This document shows, piece by piece, positions 1-9,286 of a stretch of DNA of 24,124 nt (positions are counted from its first letter, which is position 1; each line of letters opens with the position of its first letter). The DNA comes from Ginkgo biloba (taxonomy: Eukaryota; Plantae; Ginkgophyta), in NCBI GenBank assembly GCA_024626585.2, contig JANKJI020000002.1, positions 165,139,151 to 165,163,274 of the forward strand. The letters run 5' to 3'. The position numbers and the translations under genes are program-made. The notes under the pieces were generated by a model. The model saw only the letters and a list, made by a program, of their open reading frames with translations. It was not told the origin of the DNA and searched no databases.

Positions 1-1315
1 ATGGTGTTCCAAGTCTTGGTGTCGGCACTATGTGCCCTCAGTCCCAATGCGTGTGCCTATTGCCACCCAGTTTGTTGTAATTGCTTGCATTTGCAAGCAG
101 TTATAGCAACTTTTATTGTAACTACTAGTAAGTTTTCCTATTAATAGAATCATCTCTTTATAAAAAAGAAAAAAAAGTTAGCAATGGCCACAGCAAGTGT
201 CTTTAGATCCTGATTGTAGATCCTCGATGTCTTTAGCTTTATTAGTTTGGAGTTTGTGAATGCCTTTTCGGATCTAATCTCAGGTGAAAAACATATAAAG
301 TGGGGGGTGATGAAGAGTTGGCATAGGTGTTGGGTTGGGAATGGGTGTACCAAGTGTCAGGGTTAGAGATGGTCTAAACACTATAGGTTTGCAAGGCAAT
401 AGGTTCTTTTAGAAGAGCTTAATTATATTCTCCAACAAATGAACAACTATTTTTTAGGACAAGAAGTGTCTCTTTTTACACCTAAGGAGATATCAATATT
501 CCTTTTGAGTTAATTTGGCAATTTTTGGGTGAAAGATGAGGTTGTGTTTAATTTTCTTGTTCATTTATTTACATTCATCATCAACCAAGGACATGGATAT
601 TATGGGCCCACAAATAAGGACATAGCCAACAATGATGGCCCCCTAACATGGGGATAGCAATTTCATTCAGGGAATCTTGAGAGCCCATTTAGAATAAACA
701 AGTCATGCAACTCACTGAGGCCTAAGAGGTGTTGCCCATAGGTGGAGCCCATCTATGAATCTTTTGACCGTCATTCTAAACCAAAGTATAAATGTGCCAA
801 CCCATAGGTATGTAATTCATCCTCTTAGATGTCATGTATCTAGGTTTGCAGTATTCTTGTATGGGCATTAAAGTCACCAACTACGATGACAACCCCCTGT
901 GCAGCAAAGTAGACAATCTTGGGATAAAGATCCAAGAACAATGAGTCTTTGTTAGTGTCTAGAGCATATTAGGAAGAAGCTAGAGGAAAGTACCAAATTG
1001 CAATATAGACATTCTTCTTCACTAAATTCTTGTTGATATGTAATGATAAGAATCTAGAGTGAGCATCAATGGTTGCTAGGGATATAGATGCCTATAAGTG
1101 ATTTTGAAAGAGGCAAGCCTTACCTTCTGATGCTCGACTCCTAAGGACATGCAGAGAACCACGAGAACCCCGCAACAAGAGGTAGGGGACGCTTTGGGCT
1201 CTCATGTGTCTTCATAAAGAAAATAATGTCCTTCCCTTAAATCATGTTTTGAACTGCACTTGGTGAAGACCAAAGCATGCCATGCAATTCCAAATATCTA
1301 CTAATAAGCCCCTCT
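1..1315 (-). pseudogene. LINE ORF2 N-terminus: APE-like (Exo_endo_phos) endonuclease plus linker, disrupted
   Basis: Continuous frame ...YFAAQGVVIVVGDFNAHTRILQT*IHDI*EDELHTYGLAHLYFGLE*RSKDS*MGSTYGQHLLGLSELHDLFILNGLSRFPE*. It matches the GDFNA / LxILNG / GxSxxDY pattern of LINE endonucleases. Many stops and some frameshifts. Confidence 0.85.
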
Positions 1316-1337
1316 TGCTATCCCTAATGGCTTGGCC

Positions 1338-1760
1338 CTAGCTTGAAGGAGTGTCCCTAATCCATGCCTTGCCATTTCCAATAATTGTCGACTTGTTAAG
1401 TTTCCTTTATTCCACTACCCGTGCTCTCGCCTTTTTAAGCTTTTCTTATTGGAGGTACGTCAAATCTTCATCTAAGAAGATTTTTTTCTTCAGTAGATAG
1501 AGCTTCCTCTTTGCCTTTAGAGCTTGCAAACTTTCAACTATCGAGTGAAAGTGAATGATCAAGATCTCGTCAAGCCTTATCAGATTTTGCTCCCTTCAAC
1601 TTAAGGGTGTTCTATAGGAAGGAAATAGTTGATATTAATGGTTCATTCGATTTAGTCAATCCCCTCACCCAAAGACTCAGAGCTTTGGCTTGTTGGGCCC
1701 TCTCCTCATCAAATTTAGCTTGCATTGCCATCTCAACAAGGAAGGAGGTGAGGAGATAGA
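1338..1760 (-). pseudogene. LINE ORF1 RRM + C-terminal domain (L1ORF1p/Transposase_22-like); a coiled-coil N-terminus may extend to ~2200
   Basis: EERAQQAKALSLWVRGLTKSNEP..FL*NTLKL..DKA*R, then after a frameshift IIHFHSIVESLQALKAKRKLYLLKKKIFLDEDLTYLQ*EKLKKARARVVE*RKLNKSTIIGNGKAWIRD. This resembles the 'RRNNLRIxGLPE...PIIVKF...IFIDEDLT...GKL' signature. Stop codon at 1340-1338. Confidence 0.7.
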
Positions 1761-2255
1761 AAAACGAGAAAGGAAGGGCACAAGACATAATCCTACATAG
1801 GGTGCCTCCAAGATAATGTTGACATGTGTCATTTTTGAGCTACCAAAGTGTACTTAGAGAGTGGGGCATCTTCAAGGACATGTCCACCCCTCCTATGGGA
1901 GGTTGCGCCCAAACTTTTATATTTATAGGGGGTTTGTTGTGTGCTATAGCAACTCTCCTATCATCATTTTGTTCATCTGAGTTGGGCACCTGCACTCCTC
2001 TATGTTCTTGCATTTTGGACAATTTTTGGCTCTCTTGTGCAATGCTATCTCGTTTGTCTATGTTTTTACATGTTACTTGAACTAATTTGTCTAGAAAGTG
2101 TAGTACTAGGGCCAATTTCCACTTCTAAGTGCTTAGAATTCTTCTACAAGCTAAGGTGTCTCATTCGAAGCATTTCTATTAGACAAATTGAAGTTTTCAG
2201 GGTGTANNNNNNNNNNNNNNNNNNNNNNNNNNNNNNNNNNNNNNNNNNNTTTCTG

Positions 2256-2510
2256 TTAGGGTTGTGTTGCGCTTTTGAGCAGTGTTTTACATCATTTAGG
2301 GTTCTTGGATATAGTGCTCCAATTAGAGCTACAAAATGGAGATAATTTTCTCTAGAGGCTATTAAGTCAGAGTGATATCTCCACGAAGTTTTTGGAATTA
2401 TAAGTATTCTATAAACCCTAATTTCTTGGAATATTTTCCAGATTGTTGAATCCTTGAACCAAATTTGTTTTCTTGTTTTATTACGGAGAATATATGGCTT
2501 AAAACCCTAA
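2256..2510. promoter_or_regulatory. Cluster of telo-box (AAACCCTAA)-like motifs in divergent orientation
   Basis: TTAGGGTT at 2256-2263 and TTTAGGGTT at 2295-2303 read as telo-boxes on the minus strand. AAACCCTAA occurs at 2413-2421 and 2502-2510 on the plus strand. Function is inferred only. Confidence 0.3.
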
Positions 2511-3189
2511 TAGTTGAGAATAGTTCATATAGAGTAGGCCACCTCTAGTCAAAGGGGTCAAATAATTGCATTTGTGTATTTAATGTTCTTATGATCATAG
2601 ATAATTGCAATTAATGTAGTGTTTTTTAACATGCATCTTTGGTTCCAATTTTCAAAGCTCATAGAACAATTTGTTTTTCATAGGTCTCATTGTATGTTTT
2701 AGAAATACTAGTTTTAAGTGCAATAGTATGTATCCAAATGTTCCGATGGAGTGAGTCTCTATTATGCTTCCTTATTACATGTAAACTTTGCTTTATAATA
2801 GGCACTCTGCTACTCATGTAATCTCTTTACTTCTAATATAAAAAAAATGTAGAAATATGCCTTGCTTAATTGTAGAAATCCTAGAGACTTGTTTAGGGTA
2901 ATATGGCTGTATTTGAAGACTTGTTGAGGGATTGGAGTCCCTAACTAAGGGTGTCTTTCTTTGAGGCTTTATTAGGCCCTAGCATGCATATGTTTGGGCT
3001 AACTAGCGGTGGGTTGAAAGATANNNNNNNNNNNNNNNNNNNNNNNNNNNNNNNNNNNNNNNNNNNNNNNNNNNNNNNNNNNNNNNNNNNNNNNNNNNNN
3101 NNNNNNNNNNNNNNNNNNNNNNNCTTGTCTATTAAACCTCAAATGGCTTACCAGTCCCAAGTAAGGCCCCTGAAAATGGTAGAGAATGT

Positions 3190-3981
3190 CCTTGTGTTGG
3201 GGTGATTGTCCTCCAAGAGTTTCCAGTATTAAAGATGTCTGTTAGAAACAAATCATATTCCACTCTTTTAGGTTGGGATTGGTTGACATGGAAGCACTAC
3301 AACACTAGTGGTATTACACCTTAACATTACAATAGTATGGTAAATTAGTAGAGTTGACCATGACTNNNNNNNNNNAAAGATGTCCTTGCCATTACTAAAA
3401 TCAAAGATGAAGCTTCTAGCACTATAGTGTTTTCCAAGCCCACGATCATCTCATACTGTAAGTCAGCCTATAGTTACATTGCCAAACCAAATGACATTAT
3501 AGACGATAATTCCTACGAGCCAAATATTTAGGGAGAAATCAAGATAGATGACTATTTAGGTGAATCCAATTCAACAACCTTTAATGCAAGAAGCATACAG
3601 AACAAATTTCATTCATGTTACAATATTTCAAAAGTTTACCATATCAGTAAGATCCGATTAAGGAAATTCATAATTTCAGATTTAGTAGAACTAACAGGAT
3701 GCAACTTTGCAATCAATCTCAACCAATAGAGATTCTACTATGATCAGCCTGCAAATATAGACTCGAAAGAAGAAGAATTTCTCTGGCATATGTTGCAATA
3801 CATGCATAAAGATGAGTCTAGGTCAGGTTTGTAATTTGATGTCTAGTGTTGCTTGCCAAACAATTCTTTGATGATGATCTTATGTTTCCTTGCCTGCCAT
3901 TGACATTTGATTTTACTTTTTGCAGGTCAAATTAATATCGACCAAAATATTATAATTGCCAGAATTGTTTATACTATTTAG
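3190..3981 (+). pseudogene. RPA70/RPA1-like ssDNA-binding protein pseudogene (Rep-A_N + first OB fold), probably Helitron-borne
   Basis: FRLGLVDMEALQ (3267-) resembles RPA-N 'YRLVLSDG..Q'. KDVLAITKIKDEASSTIVFSKP (3376-) resembles the end of RPA-N. IKIDDYLGESNSTTFNARSIQNKFHSCYNISKVYHISKIRLRK resembles DBD-A 'D..GEIRATxFN...KF......KVYxISKxxLK'. The frame 3376-3826 has ~150 codons with only 2 internal TAG. A canonical 99-bp intron (CAG|GTTTGT 3827 ... TTTTTGCAG 3925) keeps the frame to TAG at 3979-3981. Confidence 0.5.
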
Positions 3982-4444
3982 ATTTTTGATAAAAGCCAAA
4001 AAGCTATAGCATTGAACAGAATAAATTAATATTACTCATAAGTGGGAAGAATAACTTGATATTACATTTTTCAATTGTATGGTATATGTGGAAAACACAC
4101 CTGTTATGTGATTGGTATGTGCTTGTTCTGTTGTATATGGAAAGAAATAGATAAATGTGGATACAATACAATACATAAGTTGCTATTGCCATACCTGAAC
4201 ACAATATAATAGTTTAGCTGATTGCAGAGAACTAATTAGTTCCTAGAGGCATCTCAAATTTCGTAGTTCAACCTACGAAAAATAATGAGTTTTAGGGCNN
4301 NNNNNNNNNNNNNNNNNNNNNNNNNNNNNNNNNNNNNNNNNNNNNNNNNNNNNNNNNNNNNNNNNNNNNNNNNNNNNNNNNNNNNNNNNNNNNNNNNNCT
4401 ATGGATATTTAATAATAATAAAATAAATTATATATTGACACTAA

Positions 4445-4471
4445 CCCATATGCATGCATTAGTTAACTTGT
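4445..4471 (+). mobile_element. Possible decayed Helitron 3' terminus (hairpin + CTRR)
   Basis: Observed CCCATATGCATGCATTAGTTAACTTGT can be derived from CCCGTGCGCACGCACGGGTTAACTAGT mostly by C->T/G->A changes plus two transversions. It lies on the same strand ~460 bp downstream of the RPA-like gene. The spacer to CTRR is shorter than typical. Confidence 0.3.
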
Positions 4472-5311
4472 AAATAATATACTAAGTTTTTTTTCTATTC
4501 TCTTTAATGAATTAAAAACTATATGTATTACCCTATAAGAAGGAATTAGACCATAAGAAGAGATAATTATTTTACTATAAATTATTATTAGATATTAAAA
4601 GAAANNNNNNNNNNNNNNNNNNNNNNNNNNNNNNNNNNNNNNNNNNNNNNNNNNNNNNNNNNNNNNNNNNNNNNNNNNNNNNATATAAAAGAAAGAGAAG
4701 AAAAGAAAAAATATATAGTTTACCTTAAAATCTTGTTGAGAATTTCACACCAAGATAAATATTATCTCCACATGTGATAAGAAGCTTAAGATTTAATCAA
4801 ATAAAAATGTTAATATTGAGAACTTGGCCCTCATAATTGGACATATTTGAAGTATCATCAATAAATCTAAAATATACTTATAATATTGAGAAAGATTAGA
4901 TTATAAAAGAAATAAATGCTAGTTACCTAAATGTATAGATCCTCCAAACACATAAGTATATACTTCTAAATCTAATATAGTTATATAGTTATAATTATAG
5001 GTAAAAATTCTTAGCATATATAGAGTTCTTATTCTAGGGTTTTTACTATTTGGACTTTCTCCTAATAGAGAATTTTAAGAATATAAAGTAACTACTTTTT
5101 AACTTAATTCAACTATTAAAATGATCTATGACTTTGATTTGTTTATTTCAACTAATCATGATAATGTTGCTTGTTGCTTGGGGTGACTAATCTCATGTTG
5201 CCGCTTGCTGAAGCTGAACTGATTCTAGAGCACTATGACATCAACCATCTTAGGGCCAACAATATTGTGATGGTCACATGATAACTAATTGAAGGTTAAG
5301 GTTGTAGTTAA

Positions 5312-5937
5312 CTAAAAGTGGTTTAAGGGATTGTGATAATTGACGAGGAAACAAGTCGTCATGAGCACTAACAAGTCGCCATGGGCACTCATTAATGTGC
5401 TCTGGAATTGTTGATCAATAGGCCTTTCTCCTCCTTCAAGCTTGTATAGAGATTTGGGGCTTAGTGCCAATTCATTGTTCACTGCGTTTCTATTGAAATT
5501 AGGAGTCATATGTATTGGAAATTCATTATTTCTTCTAGCTATTGAAACAATTCCATTTTCACCTCTTGTTCTCAAACACCCATTGCAATTATCTAGTCAT
5601 TGGAACATTTAATAATTATTTGGCTATGGGCACACGCCTATCATTATTGTCATTCTACTTGTATGGTTGGTTGCAGTGCATTAGAGGGTGGGAAAATTTC
5701 TAGATTAGTATTGTGCAAGTGTGGCTCAATTCGTGTGGGGAGCCAAAGGGCATTCAAAAATTTGTCCAACCATGCATGATCTAAAATTAAGAACTTTCTT
5801 GGATAGATTACCCACTCTTGTAAATCCATAGTCTCTTCACTTGAATCAATGTATTCAAACATAGTTGACCTTGCACTTCCCAAAACACAAGAGGTACCAA
5901 CGTAGAGCACCACATGTTCATATGATTTTATTGCAAA
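5312..5937 (-). pseudogene. Unidentified decayed ORF (probably TE-associated)
   Basis: A ~95-codon open stretch FAIKSYEHVVLYVGTS...QEWVIYPRKFLILDHAWLDKFLNALWLP...IQVE. The same frame continues with stops (AMGV*EQEVKMELFQ*LEEIM). GC content is higher than in the flanks. No family recognised. Confidence 0.25.
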
Positions 5938-6438
5938 TCAATACAAGTATATTTTAAACATATATTGCTAAAATTTTATTGGAACTTTTGTAGGGTGCTT
6001 GTCATCCCTTTGTTCAAATTCAAACGTATCATAATACTTCACTCTTTCTATCATGCTCCATTAGCCAATCAAATGATTTTTTAAAAACTGGACAACGGTT
6101 AATGATTTGATGGATACAAGCATCTAGAAACATAGCCCTTCGCACTAGCTTCAAAATAAATGGTCATGTATAAGTAGGCAAGTGCAAGCCCTAACAAGAG
6201 CTACGATATACACGTTTGTTGTAAACAACTTGCAAGTTATCAAAATATCAACAAACTCCATAGGATGGCTTACATATTAAGTCTTAATCCTAGAAATAAC
6301 TAAGGTGCTTTAGAGATAAAATATTGCACAGGAAGATGTTGGCTTCAAAAAGTAATATAGAGAGCCTACTTTACAATTTGAAAATTTTCTTCTAAATGTG
6401 TTCCTCTTCTTTTGTCTCTTCATTAATGCTCCTTGTAG

Positions 6439-6945
6439 GGACAAGTACTTCAATGATTTATATGTGAAGATATATTTTAAATTTTTCATAGTAATTTGAA
6501 GCTCTCAAAGGGCAATGATTTGTAAAAACGTCCAGAAAATCATAATATTGAAGTACTTGCAGATATAGATATTGAATGTACCAGTCGTTTATAAATGCTC
6601 TGGCAATGTGTTCGATGTCGTTGGCGGTACGAGAACCAGTGCGTGTGTTGTATTCTATTTCGTCTTGACTGAAAAATGGTTGAGAAAGAGCCCAATTTAA
6701 ATGCTCTCCGGCATGCCCTAGATTGTTTCTGTCTTTTGGAATCTTTATGGTGATAGAACGCCATATGAGCGTTATCGTCGCAAGCTTTTGTAATAAACCC
6801 ATATGATTTTATAATAATTTATTTGGATTATATTTTTATCTTTAGTTTGATATAGTAGGAGCATTTACATCATATACATCTAACTTTATTGAAGTAATGA
6901 GATCATTCTCCTTATAAAAATGGGGCCAATTATGTATTTGGTAAA
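6439..6945 (+). pseudogene. Unidentified decayed exon (possible Helitron/TE cargo gene)
   Basis: Polypyrimidine tract plus TTGTAG acceptor ending at 6438. The frame from 6440 reads DKYFNDLYVKIYF...GNVFDVVGGTRTSACVVFYFVLTEKWLRKSPI*MLSGMP*IVSVFWNLYGDRTPYERYRRKLL**...IWIIFLSL...LLIKWGQLCIW, with stops compatible with C->T. CpGs are locally retained. Confidence 0.3.
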
Positions 6946-7789
6946 ACTTATTTTTTATATTTGGGGTTTATTTTAAACTTTACTAGTGCTCATATCAATC
7001 CAAGAAATATCTTGATAATCTATGATTCACGTACACCAACAAATTATCAAAGTTAATATCATCACAAGTTTATTTACACATATTCTAATAAATATTTTAT
7101 ACTTCATTAATTCACTTGAAATAATATTTCATTTATTTGGAATAAGGAACATTATGAGGATTTTATTTAGTTGAAATATTCTATTTGAAAATGACCTTTC
7201 TTATTTTTNNNNNNNNNNNNNNNNNNNNNNNNNNNNNNNNNNNNNNNNNNNNNNNNNNNNNNNNNNNNNNNNNNNNNNNNNNNNNNNNNNNNNNNNNNNN
7301 NNNNNNNNNNNNNNNNNNNNNNNNNNNNNNNNNNNNNNNNNNNNNNNNNNNNNNNNNNNNNNNNNNNNNNNNNNNNNNNNNNNNNNNNNNNNNNNNNNNN
7401 NNNNNNNNNNNNNNNNNNNNNNNNNNNNNNNNNNNNNNNNNNNNNNNNNNNNNNNNNNNNNNNNNNNNNNNNNNNNNNNNNNNNNNNNNNNNNNNNNNNN
7501 NNNNNNNNNNNNNNNNNNNNNNNNNNNNNNNNNNNNNNNNNNNNNNNNNNNNNNNNNNNNNNNNNNNNNNNNNNNNNNNNNNNNNNNNNNNNNNNNNNNN
7601 NNNNNNNNNNNNNNNNNNNNNNNNNNNNNNNNNNNNNNNNNNNNNNNNNNNNNNNNNNNNNNNNNNNNNNNNNNNNNNNNNNNNNNNNNNNNNNNNNNNN
7701 NNNNNNNNNNNNNNNNNNNNNNNNNNNNNNNNNNNNNNNNNNNNNNNNNNNNNAGATCCTCACTCTCACAACTTCCTATACTATAAAAG

Positions 7790-8150
7790 AGGAAAGAGAT
7801 ATTTTATTTATTTAACAAGATAAAGTCAAGTATGATTTAGTAGATATCATATTTCATAATGTAAGTACGAAACAATTCATTTCTACTTCCATTGTGGCCT
7901 CCTTAAAACTACTTACACAAGATCATCTAATGCCCTATTCATTAGGTTGGACATGTTTGAAAGGGAATAAAACAAAGGTTACCAAGATTTGCACTTNNNN
8001 NNNNNNAATCAAATATTACATTGATATAGTGACTTATGATGTGATTAATATGGATTATTATGACATACTTCTTGGAAATCCTTTTCAATTTGATAGGTAT
8101 GCATAATTTGATACTCATGAACATACTAATATTCTCAATAAAGTACACTC
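7790..8150 (+). pseudogene. Ty3/Gypsy (CRM-like chromovirus) aspartic protease remnant
   Basis: ILFI*QDKVKYDLVDIIFHNVSTKQFISTSIVASLKLLTQDHLMPYSLGW...KVTKIC...YIDIVTYDVINMDYYDILLGNPFQFDRYA matches the CRM protease pattern 'IxDSGSxxNxIS...HPxPYxLxW...KVTKQC...YxDxVxCDVVPMDxCxILLGxPWQYDR'. The catalytic DSG is mutated. RT/RH/INT are not recognisable before 8780. Confidence 0.75.
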
Positions 8151-8771
8151 ACTAGGCACCCTTGAAAGCATCAATCATTGTTTGAGTGCCTTTCATGGGA
8201 AATCTAAATTCAAGGACTATTAACTAGGAGATAAGGGTAGGACAATACTATCTACCATTGTAAGCAATGGAAAACTATCCTTGGGTTTATGGCAATTTTT
8301 GTTATCATGTAAATTGGCACCTATGCAAGTAAAAACAACCTTAGTCCAAGAGGTCCTTACTTCAACCTTTCTTTAACCAAGGTAAATTCACTTAAAGTCA
8401 AAGTTACTTCTAGAGTCAAAACATGCAAGTATAGTTACTAAATATCAAATTACCAAAAAAGTAATATTCTCATATTCAATCAAAGTTTTTCAACTACCAT
8501 TCCTTAATACTAAGAGCAACTACCCTTATCCCATGAATGTAGCAAGTTTTCTTATCCTATGCATGGAAAAATATAACCTTATCACTTTGGAAACCTCCAC
8601 ACCTCTATAAAAGGCCAAATATCCAAATGGTAAGAAAGCACACAACATCTTGTAGAGGATTTTTCCATATTTGACCTTGAAGAGCGCACACATTCTTTAA
8701 GGAAGTTCTAACAAACTTAAGCCTCAAGAACACGCATGGAGTTGAAGGAAACTCTACCAAAATGCCACCTC

Positions 8772-9286
8772 AAAGGGGAATATTGAAGGGATAGGACAGA
8801 GACATACTATTCAACAAGAATTTGGGGAATATTTCTACTCTATTTCTTCACATTCCTTATTCTTTAATGTATAATTCTTGCAAAAAATAATACAATTGAA
8901 CTTCCCCTATGTGCAACTAACTCTATTTTGCTTTTAACTTTTTTCACATTGGCAAGTTATTTACATAAACTTCTTCCTTCAATTCTGGTAATTTCATAGT
9001 TCATTAATCTAATCGCTTTGAAATTTAGCTCTCTTTTGCCATTTGCAACTACGCACACACAAGAAGATTGAGTACAACTTCTTGGCTAACAAATTCAACA
9101 TTAGAGAGTAGTTACAAGTAAATTGCTCAATTGTGTGTCTCCATACACTAAACTCCACACATCTTTTACCATACTTTTTCTTCAATTTTGTACCTAGCCC
9201 TATTCCTAGCACAGATAAGATGGTGGAGCGAAGGGTCTACTATTTGGAACACTCTCAACATGAAACAATGGCGACCGCACTAGTGA
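8772..9286 (+). repeat. LTR-like segment preceded by a polypurine tract and followed by a Tat/Ogre-type PBS
   Basis: AAAGGGGAA (8772-8780), then TATTGA (8781; TGTTGA-like) ... TCAACA (9255-9260) as terminal inverted repeat. TGGCGACCGCACTAGTGA (9269-9286) resembles the Tat/Ogre PBS TGGCGACTCCACTGGGGA. The left boundary is uncertain. Confidence 0.5.

Larger units (their letters stand above)
1..2207 (-). mobile_element. Degenerate non-LTR retrotransposon (LINE), 5' half: ORF1 + APE endonuclease of ORF2; RT expected beyond the window start
   Basis: Minus-strand translation across stops gives ORF1 motifs (SLWVRGL 1677-1657; IIHFHS...LKAKRKL...IFLDEDLT 1481-1458). These are followed directly by the ordered APE motifs IWNC (1295-1284), DIIFFMKTHE (1230-1201), YIAIWYFPLASS (~1007-972), VIVVGDFNAH (GDFNAH at 878-861), LFILNGLSRFP (701-669) and CYPH..G.IIVGYVL (~658-615). 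The 5' boundary is uncertain (N block at 2207-2249). Confidence 0.85.

Noticed and set aside
150-700. Initial reading as Gypsy RT thumb/connection (LIFHPK..., EKAFTNSK...)
   Set aside because: The adjacent GDFNAH and LFILNG motifs show this is the LINE endonuclease and linker; the RT resemblance is superficial.
6602-6650. FDVVGGTRTSA resembles the patatin FDxIAGTSTGG motif
   Set aside because: The catalytic Ser and the upstream DGGGxRG motif are absent, and the downstream sequence does not fit.
6440-6795. In-frame stops as U-to-C RNA-editing sites of an organellar insert
   Set aside because: No organellar gene recognised, and the same stop pattern occurs in all surrounding TEs, consistent with methyl-C deamination.
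6458-6802. 114-aa minus-strand ORF as a real gene
   Set aside because: No recognisable family, codon-aligned with a plus-strand frame, and splice signals point to the plus strand. Kept only as an alternative within a finding.
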